Counted from the first letter of the stretch, positions 21,428 through 33,257 are shown. The stretch is 64,000 nt of DNA from an uncultured Nitrososphaeraceae archaeon (GCA_963779615.1 CAVZZA010000003.1:544001-608000), one strand, 5' to 3'. The notes: generated from the letters alone by a model not told the origin. Program-made: numbers and translations.

Positions 21428-21602
21428 CAATAATCCACCCAACACTATATGTAAACGAGACAACACTCAAAGAATACTAATTGGACAGATGAGTTCCATG
21501 AATGAATATCCATGATTATCTATCATAAACCCATGAATAAAAAGATGCGGTAGTATTGATTGCTGAGGTGCATCCATCTTCATCGCATTTTGGGATTGTT
21601 GT

Positions 21603-21680
21603 GGCGGCGGCGGCGGCGGCGGAAGCGATGTCGGTGGCGGAAGCGATGTCGGTGGCGGAAGCGATGTCGGTGGCAGCGAC
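21603..21680. repeat. GC-rich (GGC)6 plus 18-bp tandem repeat (GGCGGAAGCGATGTCGGT)x3
   Basis: Read directly; strongly GC-rich against the background. Confidence 0.9.
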
Positions 21681-21759
21681 TAAGATATACATTAATTACT
21701 TCAAATCAACAACAATTTTTTGTAATATCCATAATTATAAAATTTAGATATGATAACAT

Positions 21760-22338
21760 ATGTCTTTAAATGTTTCAAGAAAGTACAATACGTAACGCCA
21801 CAATAAGGTGGTTCATAATGAGATGGCCATAGTTTATGACGATAGAACCGATTGGGTTTCAGGCAAAAGCATAACAACAGACAGGGAAGCAGCACAATTA
21901 TACAACGCCAACATCATGGATGCAGGCAAAGAGGGATGCAGATTCATCCCCAATGCCTTCAAAGCCAAAGATGTAGAGTCATCCACTGATGACGATAATG
22001 CCGATGAAGAGAAAATCCTAAAAATTTATGGCAAAATGCTGCCCTTAGTCGAGGAACTTGACAAACTACTGTTGGATGTAACCCCTGCAGAAAGAATAGA
22101 CACGGTTGCCAAAATAATCATTTCATCCCTGATGTTCTCAAACCCAATCAAGGCCATAAAGCATGCAATTGACTTTCAACACTCAATTAAAGGCATGAAA
22201 AAAGCTTCATATTTTGTGGCAGCATCAAATAAAATATCACCCGTTCAAGCTCAACAAATGTTAAGAACAGCTATTTTGAATGCACCCTACTTTAAAAAAA
22301 AACTAAACTACAGTATCAACGACAACAGCAACAACTAA
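21760..22338 (+). pseudogene. Paralog of the C2H2 protein 6837-7409 with a disrupted finger
   Basis: SRKYNT*RHNKVVHNEMA matches GRKYNAERHNERMHDGLA. C-termini align (EELDKLL...KGMKKASYF...NAPYFKKKLN vs EELEKLL...KGLKKMANYY...NSAYFKRNIN). TAA at 21793-21795. Confidence 0.75.
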
Positions 22339-22707
22339 GTTAAAAAGAATAGACCAGCCCATTCAATGAAAAAATCGGCTCATTCGGAATCTTGCGTTCA
22401 AAACGCATAGTGAAAGAAACAAAAACCACTTCAAATACACAAAGAACTGATTTTATTAAGATAAAGTTTATATCGTTTTCTAATTTTAGAAACTCATCAA
22501 ACTTGTAATTTAATATAAAATCCGCTATTTCAATAGCATTTTTAGGGTAAAGTTTTACAATTAGGGAACACATAGAATAAGGCATTTCATGAATATCAAC
22601 AAATTGCCTTATTATTGATGCTGGGATTACTTTTTATGAAAATGCATATCAATAAACACATGTACCAACTATGGCAATAAATATAAAAAAATGATTGATT
22701 ATACTGG

Positions 22708-23858
22708 TCACTCATTTCTCCAATTCATGGTCACAAACCCTATAGCGCCGTTATCATTAACCATCTGTTCGTTTATGCCGCTTCTATAACCCAGATATCC
22801 AAAATGATTGTCGCCTATGAATGCAATTGTGCATGACTCGTGACCTAAAAAGGTTATCCTTAAATCACATTTTCCATCCTTATCTGCATCAGCATCTGGT
22901 CTAATTTCACTGATAACATTGTGTTCTTCATAATTATCTGGTGTTCGTATAGAATCATCACCAACACAAGACGATGGATTGAAGATATTTTGTGGACCTC
23001 CCTTCACCCCACACCATCCAAGAGCATCGTCTCCTTCAGTTTCCCTATATGAAAATTGTAACATGTTGTCTTCCGGATTATACAGGTTGTAAAATCTTTC
23101 TACTTCGGATTTTATCGCTATTCCGTTGCATGGTAATGGAGGTTTATTAATACTACAATCATCTGAATTCATAGAAACTTGCTCATTATCAATGGCTGCT
23201 CCCAAAAGATGAGTAGACGTTATTTTTTTTGAGAGGGCATTATCCCTTTCATTATCATTATCATATATCCATTGGATGGCGGATAAGGTTACTCTTGAAC
23301 CAAGAGAATGTGCAATTAGTCGTAATTTGTCATTTGGGCACATGTCTTTGAAATGCACAATAAATTTTCCCAGTATCGGACCGTTTCCATTACTATATTT
23401 TTTGCTATAGTCCATCCACCCTCAGATATAGATGCATCAACAAAAGAAAAAGCAGTATTAGAGTCCCAGCTAAACCCAATAAGAGGAATGTTATATCCAC
23501 TATCCTGCAAAGATAAGGACACTCTATCAGTTTGTTCTTTTGCTTGTTTCTCATCAGCCCAAACACCATGGACATAAATTGCCAATTCTCCAGGACAACT
23601 GTTACTATTTAAAATGGATAGCGCAGAAGGTAAATTTGCCTGGTGAATCATGCTTCCGTTGGTTTTATCAAACGATCCACGAGTGGTTGCAATAAATGGA
23701 TGTTGCTGTGCAAAGACTTTATCAATCGAAAAACTAACTACCAGTAATAATACTAGAGCGATGGATAACACAGAAACAATTGATAAGGATCTACATATTT
23801 TATACTTTTGTAAAGGCTTTATTCTATTTGAATAATTACGGCTATCGTTATTGTTCAT
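22708..23858 (-). CDS. Secreted alpha/beta hydrolase (DUF900/DUF726-like), frameshifted at ~23393
   Basis: Signal/TM, YVHGVW, FSWDS, nucleophile AHSLGSR, HLLGAA, YNPEDNML; two overlapping ORFs. Confidence 0.8.
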
Positions 23859-24341
23859 ATTTGATTTCTATTCCATTAATATACATTCATTGTAGATAAT
23901 AAACCTTTAAAAAATGAAATTTTCATAGTAATGGTTAACAAGACACAAAATTACTGGCCTCTTTATATTAAATACAGTTAGATATAATTCCAAAACAATA
24001 TGTGGATTCCATTCATGCTGATGTAATGCCTAAATTCCACCATTAGATACAATCTTTGATTATACTACTAAACAGTAACTTGGAACTACGAATTAATTTT
24101 TTCTATAAATAACAAAATCTGCATAAAACAGATCAATTGTGTATTAAATTAGTTATGTGACAGAGCAGTATTCTAAATTGAATAAAATTGGTTTTTTTTA
24201 TACATGAGTTTTTGTTGTCCGGTATAGATCGTTAATGGCTTTATTATGGGTATGGAATATGTCTTGAGTGTTTTTGCAATAAATGGCATTTATTTCCAAG
24301 AAATAAAAAGTATAAATACATTCAAATAATCATAATTCACA

Positions 24342-24890
24342 ATGATAAATATTTATCCGATTATAATACTAGTTAGTGGAATCTTATTAGGAACATTTAG
24401 TGCGATGAACAATTCACCAAACGTCTTTGCACAGGGTACTCAAGCACCTAATGCAACAGAAACAACCATCAATTTTGGTTCTGATACTCCAGTCACTGTT
24501 TACCTGACTCAAGCAGGAGGATTCTGGGGGGGATACGAAAATACGATGTTTGATTCTAACTCCATGCAAAAAGTGACAATCGAATCTTCGAATTCACCCC
24601 CATTGTTTGAGAAAGTAAGTGAAAAAGTATATAATCAACTTGTAAACTATATAGCAAATACCACAAATTTCGAGTTTTTCTCTCTAGAATCATCTCCCTA
24701 TGAACCTTGCCCAGATTGCCAAAAAACCTTGTTAACTATATCTATGCCTACTCCCGGAGGAACAGTTAGTAACACTGTATATTACAATAATTACGATAGC
24801 AAGGAAGAAGTTCCAGTGCTTGTAAGGAATATTGTTGATCTTCTGAATTTAGAAAATTTTCCTCAAATTAACATTCCAAGTAACCAATAA
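24342..24890 (+). CDS. Secreted protein, weakly emfourin-like
   Basis: Signal peptide; TQAGGFWGG and CPDCQKTLLTIS echo the emfourin motifs SGGFAG and ADYFTYKITI. Confidence 0.7.
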   Translation: MINIYPIIILVSGILLGTFSAMNNSPNVFAQGTQAPNATETTINFGSDTPVTVYLTQAGGFWGGYENTMFDSNSMQKVTIESSNSPPLFEKVSEKVYNQLVNYIANTTNFEFFSLESSPYEPCPDCQKTLLTISMPTPGGTVSNTVYYNNYDSKEEVPVLVRNIVDLLNLENFPQINIPSNQ

Positions 24891-25447
24891 ACTGATTATA
24901 TGACAAGATGATGCAAACTGAGTGATTGTATCTAGATTTGAAATATGATCACCATATAAAAATTCAATATAGACTACTCTTCATTTCTTTTGAAAATAAT
25001 TATCATCATCGAAAAAGAGGAAATAAAAAGTGATGGTAATGCAACAAGAATAAAAAGTATCCTTTTTTTTAAATACTGATGGGTATTAATAATATTTCCT
25101 TTCATTTCTGATATATTATCGGTTTTATTTATTCGGTATTATTATATGATATAACTTTATCTAATAATGATTTAAGTTATTTTACCGACAAGATTAAATT
25201 TGATTTCTGTAACTATTAAGATTGACAATATGCAATTACTTAACATATTCCCCTTTTGTAAGATCCACAGATTTAATTTTATTACAGGTAATTTGTCTAA
25301 GGTGAACCAAAACAAACACCCAAGGTACACAAATTTGGATTACAGGTCCAGATGGGAAAAAGTTTCGTGTCAATAGGATCAGGGCAGTATTGCAGCATTT
25401 AGGAATACAACACAACCATGCAATCCATCCGCTTTACTTTCGGTAAA

Positions 25448-25708
25448 TTATGAATTTCCCTTTGCTACTTTGAGTACTGTAGCCAGAACCAGTATTGTTA
25501 CCGAAGTTAAATAGTTCCAATCTATCAGGGAAGGTGTGTCGCTGCCATCATGGTAATGAGGATTTTGCTCTTCATTTGCAGAACTATCGTAAGCTCCTAT
25601 GACAACATGCCCTTCTGCTTCAAATGGTTCATAATCGCTGTCAAAAATTGAGTCCAAATGGATTTGCAGGTCAGTATAAGAATGCATGTCAGCCATGACT
25701 TTTCCAAA
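25448..25708 (-). pseudogene. C-terminal remnant of an M28 peptidase
   Basis: FGKVMADM...SDYEPFEAEG...NPHYH...DTPSLIDW is nearly identical to the C-terminus of 56478-57452. Confidence 0.85.
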
Positions 25709-26033
25709 CCATTTCCAGATTGACATATGGCTTCTTTCCACAAATCGGTTTAACGCCTTTGCAATGCTTCCATAAGGGAAACCAAGGAAGTAAAGATATA
25801 GTGATTAGGCAATATCCTTTGGTTTGGTTCTCTGCCTTCGGTAGATCAATATTGCTTATGGCATAATCACAACTATAGCTTTGCCTTTTTTATTGTGAAT
25901 ATAGTAATTAAAAATATTTGAAGAGAATTCGGGTTAAACTGTCCTTAATTTATTAAAATTGAATTTTTTGGATTTCAAAAACCATTTCATTTAGACAAAT
26001 ATAAAACAGGTAAATGCTTAAGTGAACAGAGCC
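25709..26033 (-). mobile_element. IS6-family remnant (left end and transposase N-terminus)
   Basis: RTKPKDIA*SLYLYFLGFPYGSIAKALNRFVERSHMSIWKW; terminal GGCTCTGTTCACTTAAG (minus strand) at 26017-26033. Confidence 0.7.
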
Positions 26034-26656
26034 CTAGAAAGGGATGTCAACCTTTATATATTAAAAATGATATGATATTCAGAAATTTTCAATAATATTT
26101 GTTAATAGAAAAGGAGAAGACATACATCCAATGTTCCAAGATACAAAATTAATATAATGTAAATCCCGGAATATATTACCAGTGTATTTTACAAAATAGC
26201 ATTATTTTTTATTGTTGTTACGAATTAATAATATGAAGGCTATTCATTAGTTTTTTTATCGATATGACAATTAAACTTATTTTTACCCCCGTAAAATTAG
26301 AAATATTCAGATACTATAAATATTATGGGTAAGTCTTTGGTCCTGTTCAAAAAAGACAATACAGATTCTAATTATATAATTCGATATTATATCATTGTAA
26401 TAATTCGCCATTAATAAAAACTAGTCATCTCCATAACATTCATCGCACTCGCAATCTAAACAGTTATTTGAAGATAAACCAATGTCGATAAAGCGCATCA
26501 TAAATTCGGAACAACCTGTTACACTAAATGAACCCATATCAGTTTAATTAATTCACATTAGAACCCCTTTACTGCAAGGAACTTAATCCCCATGGCTGAG
26601 AACTACATATTCAGTTTCTCGAAACCTAGTCACTAAGGGACAACCTCATATTTTAA

Positions 26657-27601
26657 GAGCCTATCCCAAAACTATCTTTCTGTAGATAATGATACAACAT
26701 GAGAACTGTACCAACCCAAGATAGTTCTCTGCTTTCCTCTCATATCTTGTGTACAGTTTTCTGAATAGGTTATACCATGAGTTTGTTCTCTCCACAACCC
26801 ATCTTCTAGCAGGATGTTTTTTTCGATTTGACATCTTTTGTGTTTCTGTCTTGCCTTCCCCTCTTTTTCTCCTGTACGGTAAATGCGGTATATGTCCTCG
26901 GCTGATGATTTCCTGCTTCACCGTCTTGGAACTGTACGCTTTGTCAAGACACAGATGTTGTAGTTTTCTTTTTCTGGATAATTTACGTTTCGTTGATGAT
27001 GATGATGATGATCGTTTGATAATTGTATTATCCATTACATCTGTTACTAGTTTTGTATCATGAGTGCTTGCGGAGGATATGACAACTGAGAGTGGGATTC
27101 CTTTTGTATCCGTTAAAATATGCCTTTTTGTGCCCAGTTTGCTTCTGTCAGTGGGATTGCTTCCGGTCATTGCCCCCCTAAAGGAGACTTTATGGATATG
27201 CTGTCAAGCGATTGCCATGTCCACTTGATACCTTGTTTGTTATCATATGATTGCAACAACCTAATCCATGCCTTTTTGAAAATGTCTAACCCAACCCACT
27301 CCTGAAATCGCCTATGACATGTTGAACCTGAACCATACTCTGCAGGCAGCATCTTCCACTGGCACCCTGTTCTTAGGATGTATAGAATACCGTCCATCAC
27401 TTTTCTGTAGGGAGCAATTGGACGACCAATCGCATTATCGGGTTTTTCCTTTGGTAAAACTGAAACAATTTCATCCCATAATTCATCTGGAATATTGAGT
27501 ATAGTACAATTATCCTTTTTATCCTTCTCTTTCTGGATACAGGTCACATTTTAGCAGTGATTATAACAAGCTATAATCCTATCGAATTTTGGGATAGGCT
27601 C
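26657..27601 (-). mobile_element. IS5-family element (two ORFs, TWA target)
   Basis: TIR GAGCCTATCCCAAAA at both ends, TAA duplication. orfA 27167..27547 (LRTGCQW...STCHRRFQEW) and orfB 26661..27170 (DKAY, RWVVERTNSW) overlap at a G run. Confidence 0.95.
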
Positions 27602-27764
27602 TAAGCACAAGTAAGTCAAAATGTTTATCTCATTTGAAAGTCATCTTGCCATTCTTTAAGAATTGCTACTACTATACTTTACTCCCTTTCTGATTTTTAT
27701 ATCATACAGGGTATGGATACTTGATGAACAAACTGGGCGTAAACGAAATGGAGAGTCCATCTTA

Positions 27765-28244
27765 ATGCAAAACATACAGAGAATCAGCCCATTTCTGTGG
27801 TTTGACAACCAGGCTGAGGATGCGGCCAATTTTTATGTCTCGATTTTCAAAAATTCCAAAGTCAACAAAATCACGTATTATAATGAAGCAGGACCTGGGC
27901 CGAAAGGCAGCGTAATGACGGTGTCTTTTGAACTTGACGGCCAGGGATTCGTGGCATTAAATGGCGGGACCCGATCTGAATTCACAGAATCAATATCTTT
28001 TATGGTAAACTGTAATACCCAGCAAGAGGTAGATGAGTACTGGGAAAAACTATCTACGGGAGGACAAGAGATACAATGTGGTTGGCTGAAGGATAAATAT
28101 GGAGTGTCATGGCAAGTTACGCCAACTGTACTGATGGAGATGATTGGTGACCCTGATCCCAAAAAATCCGAACGTGTGATGGAGGCAATGTTTCAAATGA
28201 AGAAAATTGACATTGAAAAGATAGAGCAGGCCTATATCCAATAA
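27765..28244 (+). CDS. VOC family protein (PhnB / 3-demethylubiquinone-9 3-methyltransferase-like)
   Basis: ISPFLWFDNQAEDAANFY, ALNGG, CGWLKDKYGVSWQV. Confidence 0.9.
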   Translation: MQNIQRISPFLWFDNQAEDAANFYVSIFKNSKVNKITYYNEAGPGPKGSVMTVSFELDGQGFVALNGGTRSEFTESISFMVNCNTQQEVDEYWEKLSTGGQEIQCGWLKDKYGVSWQVTPTVLMEMIGDPDPKKSERVMEAMFQMKKIDIEKIEQAYIQ

Positions 28245-28358
28245 GTATATGCATAACAATTTTGCAACATTCATTTCTCCACAAACATTGATTTCATTGA
28301 GGAGGCAATAGGCAAAACAAAATCATTAAAAAACAGGGTATTAATTTAATTTTAGTGT

Positions 28359-28904
28359 ATGTCATCCACATAATCGCTAAGAAAAGATCATGCTTTAATT
28401 GAAAAAATGATAAACGCTTTAAAAACAATTTCATCATTGTTAAACAATGGAAAACAAATACCCGATTCCATTTTTAACCAGCCAATTGATTTTTCCATTA
28501 ACTTTACAAACACCTGTCACCACGGAAAGGAAGAGGAGTTTCTGTTTCCAGCTTTGGAAAGCAAAGGCATGCTTATAGAAGATGGTCCTATAGCAAGGAT
28601 GCTGTACGAGCATCAGATAACCAAAAATCTCGCAGAATCCATCATCAAGTCTACTAAAAATTATGTTGCTCATGGAGACTATAAAGATCTGGTAAAGGAC
28701 ATCGATAAATATGTTCAGCATGTATCTCTCCACCTATCAAAGGAAAACCAAAGGCTTTTTGCCATGGCCGACATAATACTCAAGGATCAGGAAAATCAAG
28801 TTAACAATAACTTGATTGAAGTAGAGCAGGAAAAACCGGATAGAATTGGAAGTTCGCGTGAGCATTATGAAAAATTAATAGACAACATCAATTTACATGA
28901 ATAA
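28359..28904 (+). pseudogene. Hemerythrin (HHE) domain protein with an in-frame TAA at codon 5
   Basis: MSST*SLRKDH, HHGKEEEFLFP, MLYEH, HLSKEN; TAA at 28371-28373. Confidence 0.85.
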
Positions 28905-29758
28905 CAGATTTTTTGTATGTATCTATACCTATTAGCATAAATACATAAACATCAATTTTCTTCCATGTCATTAATTTTTAATAATAGTTGTATATAGTAA
29001 GGTTGATGAAGATTTGAGATTAAAATACATCCTATTTTAGAATAAACAGATTTAACCTGAATATGAGAAACTATCTGTTAAGAAATGCATTTTAGGAAAC
29101 TTATGCTAATTTGTATAAATCATATAGGTATAAACTGACGTCAATTATTAGGAAAATGATTATTAATAATATCTGTAAAAAAGATCTACCTCTTATAATG
29201 TATTTTCTAAATGCTTTATTGCATGATTATTGTAAATTGTTTTTTGTTAGCTTTTTAGTTACTGTCCAAAGAGCAAACAGTCATAGTTTAATATTATTTG
29301 TTGACAAAGTAGCATAATTTTAGATGTATTTCGAATCATGCAACAAAGCAATTTCTAAAGACTTCTCTTGTCGAAAGTAGTAAGCATTGCGGCCTTATAG
29401 ATGAATGACTCGATTTGTATATCTATTGTTATAAAAAAAATTAATGATTTTTCTTTGGCTGTTTCTATTTTTTTGCTCATGTCATTCATAGTTTTAATCG
29501 ATACATTATCGTGTAATTCGAGCATCAATTTTATTTCGGGAATGGTCTGAGCATCACAATTCCTATGTAAGATTATTGTTTTTAACTTGGTCAATATTTT
29601 CAATTCATTAATTGAAAACTATGGTCAACACCATCAGCTCAAAGAAGGCTAATACAATTCCACACCAGACTACAATAGAATTAATATTTTGGATATAATT
29701 TATAAAGATAAAATAAATCTAACTAGAAAAAAACACTCGTTGGAGAAATATCAAAAAG

Positions 29759-31084
29759 TCAAGTTTTCCAGTTTCCTCTTGGTAAGAGAAGGTCCTTTAT
29801 CGAACCATCTTTGAAGAACACCTTTGCATTTAGATTGAAAAAGCCCCAATTTGTGAAAGAGATTTCAAACTGATTATCTAGCAATGAAGAAGTAACGACA
29901 TTTGGAGTAAATGTGGGATGTAAATAATAATCTACTTTATCAATTGTTGATAACACTGCATCTGTAGTATTTATCCAAATGCGAGTTGAAAACGGGTTTT
30001 GAGGATTATTTATTCTTATGCTAGACTGACCCAAATTTATCTCTGAAGCATTTTCTGCCAATGTTGATTCTTTTGGTTCTCCCAAACTATCTTCGAGGAC
30101 AAGATTTGATTTGTTATGTTCTAAAATGTTACTCAAATAAGAATCTGAATGATAATCCGTAAAGTTTGGAGTAGTAATCGCGGTACTATTTCCATACGAA
30201 AGCATCGATTTGTTGTTCAGAGCAATATTTTCTATACTCGGCTTAAACGAGGTATTGTTATCATCAGAATTTGTCACATTAAACGATGGGGGAACGCTAG
30301 AAGGAGACATATCATTAACATCAAAATCCAAGTTTAATACCTCCTGGCGTCCACCAGGGACAAAGAATAATGTTTCAAATGCACTGTCCTTAGAGTTTAA
30401 ATAAACCAAGAGTTTATGATTTCCCTGGCCGATTCCTTCTAATCTGAAAATACCTTTTGAATTAAGTGTCTGACCCGATGGACTTTTTTGACCATCAATC
30501 AAATAATCAATGTTGGGTATAACCGTTGAATTATTCTTAACAACACCCTTAACGGTAGCAGCAGTGATAGTCGTAAAATGGAATTCATCAGGCTCGGTAT
30601 CCACATTTCCCAAAATTCCACTAGAACGAACATGAAAAGTATGTCCTGCTTCGCTATTGAGATTAGAATAAGATTTTGGGGATACGCATGGTTCATATTC
30701 ATTCCCGTCAATACTGCATTCAAATTTAGGGTCATAATTCGGCTTTACATTAACCGATGCATCTTTTGGACTCAAATAGGAAGTAAAGTAAAATGTAATG
30801 GAATTTGATGCAATTGTATCACCTGAATTAACCTTTTTACTTACATTTTTGTTGAAGCTGTCAAAAGTCATTGCATTGGTAATATTGGTAACAGGATTGC
30901 CGGTAATGGAATTTTTGATTTGTTCACTTAATGGTGAAAAAACGGGAGAAAATACTGTTGCAAGCAATCCGCCAGTTAAGGTTATAGCAATTGTACCTAA
31001 CGAGGCCAAAATTACATTCTTCCTATTTACCATATCTAAATGTCGCGATGACATATTAATAAGGATTTTGTCTCTTATTGCCAA
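29759..31084 (-). CDS. Membrane-anchored Ig-like + carboxypeptidase-regulatory-like + prokaryotic YEATS-domain protein
   Basis: N-terminal TM; FECSIDG..CVSP..YSNL..HTFHVRS Ig-like unit; C-terminal IDKVDYYLHPTFTPN...FEISFTNWGFF..AKVFFKDG YEATS signature. Confidence 0.8.
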   Translation of the reverse strand: MAIRDKILINMSSRHLDMVNRKNVILASLGTIAITLTGGLLATVFSPVFSPLSEQIKNSITGNPVTNITNAMTFDSFNKNVSKKVNSGDTIASNSITFYFTSYLSPKDASVNVKPNYDPKFECSIDGNEYEPCVSPKSYSNLNSEAGHTFHVRSSGILGNVDTEPDEFHFTTITAATVKGVVKNNSTVIPNIDYLIDGQKSPSGQTLNSKGIFRLEGIGQGNHKLLVYLNSKDSAFETLFFVPGGRQEVLNLDFDVNDMSPSSVPPSFNVTNSDDNNTSFKPSIENIALNNKSMLSYGNSTAITTPNFTDYHSDSYLSNILEHNKSNLVLEDSLGEPKESTLAENASEINLGQSSIRINNPQNPFSTRIWINTTDAVLSTIDKVDYYLHPTFTPNVVTSSLLDNQFEISFTNWGFFNLNAKVFFKDGSIKDLLLPRGNWKT

Positions 31085-31164
31085 TTAATTTAAATTTCTA
31101 TCAATAATATCTATCCAAAACAATCCACCAAGAAAAAGTGAATCACACTAATAGGATTAATACG

Positions 31165-32208
31165 TAGATCTCTTGCATAATTAGCCCAAAATAGCTTTAT
31201 TGGCCTTTATCGCTTATCACTATGCCTTTCTTTTATTATCCTACGACAGGTTATCCACAAAACCATTACTTTTCAAGTCATTCACAGGCCTGACGGTAAA
31301 GGAGTTTGACGATATTTATGATAATGAGATATCAAAAAGATACCGCAGGCATGAGATCAAACGATTATCCAATAGAAAGGATAGGGAACGATCCATAGGC
31401 GCAGGCAGGCATTTCAAGTTGGATGTTAAAAACAGGTTTCTGATGCTTTTGGTGTATTACCGCCTTTACATAACCTACACGTTGGCTGGCTTTTTGTTTG
31501 GCTTGGACCAGAGCAGCATTTGCAGGGATATGCAGAAGATTGAGCCGCTGGTAAGAAAGTGCGTGCCACTTCCACAAAAGATGCACAAAACAACCAAAAG
31601 GCTGCGCACACCAGAAGAGGTTGAAAAGCACTTTCCTGGCTTTATTGCCTTCACCGATTGCACGGAACAGCCGATACCACGACCTGAAAACAGGAGGCGA
31701 GGAAAGACATACTATTCAGGCAAGAAGAAAAGGCATACCGTTAAGACACAGCTCATGGTCAACAACAAGGGTCTCATCATTCACAAAACAGGCCACAAGA
31801 AAGGAAAAAGGCATGACTATGACGTCTATAAAAAAATCACCCGGTAACCCCAAATCAGGTTGTCAGCGTGTTTGACCTTGGATGCCTTGGAGTTGAGAAA
31901 GACTATCCAGAACAAAAATCGTCTCTGCCAAACAAAAAGAAGCGAAACCACGAGTTCTCTCAAGGGGAAAAAGAGTACAACCAAAGCCATGCTAGAGAGA
32001 GGGAATAGTGATAGAGCACACCATTTGCAGGATGAAAAAGCACAGGATAATGAGTGATCTCTTCAGAAACAGATTGAGAAAATACAATAGGGTATCAGAT
32101 ATAGTATCGGGACTGGTAAACTACAAAATATTAGCATCATCTTTTTAGAAGAAATCAGTCATAGCCATGCTGATAGGGCATACTGTTTCTAATTATGCAA
32201 GAGATCTA
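31165..32208 (+). mobile_element. IS5-family (ISL2-like, HTH_Tnp_4 + DDE_Tnp_4) element with frameshifted transposase
   Basis: Perfect 20-bp inverted ends TAGATCTCTTGCATAATTAG. Transposase 31200..~32147 (DCTEQ, YSGKKKRHTVK) is broken at the A7 run near 31830 and again near 32000. Confidence 0.93.
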
Positions 32209-32576
32209 GTATACACTGGATAAAGAAAGTAATTCTTACAATGATCTTTTCGATGCTTTAAGATTGTCATTGAAAGCGTATAATATCAATTAAGTTGTCT
32301 TGGTTTAATTGAGGAAAACTTTTCTGGGTCTAAATGGAAATGAGAGGTAGAGCCAACTCATGGCCATCGTCTACAAATACAATGTCATTTCTCACTAGCC
32401 TTGCAATCCAATATTTGAAAATATGTATGTAATTTTTTGATATTATTATGAGAGTTATTATAAATTCATAAATTTTAGTGATCATATATGAAATTCTCAG
32501 GATACTATTTATATACCACATAGTTTGTGTAATTTCGTGAGGTTTCATTTATAACGGTCATTCAGTTATACTGGCA

Positions 32577-33125
32577 ATGACTCTTTTTCTCTTGTCGTTT
32601 GGTGTTATTGTTCTTGCAACAACTATCATTAATCAAGAACAGGATCGACAAGTAAATGCACAAAATCCACCAGCAGTACCGCACCCTCCTAGGCTAGTTA
32701 TTCAAAGTGCTACAGATATGCATGGTTATAATATTCCATACAACAAATTATTATACCAACCAAGTGAGTGTTTTCCAAATACTCCCGAATGTACTTTTAA
32801 AATGTTGCATGGACGTATGAAATTCACGTTATTATTGCAGGGAAATAATAATCCAATTGATCATTTGGAGTGTCGTCTAGATGGAAAATATGCATTTCAA
32901 GCAAACGAAGCATACGGCCCTTGTGACTACAACGGAAACTTTAACAGAGAGGGCAGAATGTTTGCCAGTACTCTCTATATACCATTTACGACATGGTCGC
33001 ATGTTTTAAATCCCGACGGAACACCATATCAGCACATCTTTACAATTATGGCAGTTGACGCGTATGGACAGCATTCAAATGTAGCAGACTGGAAGTGGAG
33101 AACAACCAACAGAGCGCTCGATTGA
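32577..33125 (+). CDS. Secreted protein with an Ig-like domain
   Basis: Signal peptide; LECRLDG...GPC...HIFTIMAVDAYG...WKW resembles the Ig unit in 29759-31084. Confidence 0.7.
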   Translation: MTLFLLSFGVIVLATTIINQEQDRQVNAQNPPAVPHPPRLVIQSATDMHGYNIPYNKLLYQPSECFPNTPECTFKMLHGRMKFTLLLQGNNNPIDHLECRLDGKYAFQANEAYGPCDYNGNFNREGRMFASTLYIPFTTWSHVLNPDGTPYQHIFTIMAVDAYGQHSNVADWKWRTTNRALD

Positions 33126-33223
33126 TATATTCACTATAGCGATACGTCAACTATTTATTTAATTATTTATTTAAATAAGAAAGTTTTCTGCAATCAAAAG
33201 ATCGCTTTGAATCCTACTTTTGG

Positions 33224-33248
33224 AAGTCCGGAAAAGTTTTCCGGACTT
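33224..33248. other. 25-bp inverted repeat AAGTCCGGAAAA-G-TTTTCCGGACTT between convergent genes
   Basis: 12-bp perfect arms, read directly. Confidence 0.7.
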
Positions 33249-33257
33249 AATAGATCT

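Noticed and set aside
21556-21769. Ala-rich and Arg-rich small ORFs
   Set aside because: Products of the GC repeat with weak TTG starts.
22340-22585. 81-aa minus-strand ORF (similarly 29111..29603)
   Set aside because: Low-complexity AT-rich ORFs without supporting motifs.
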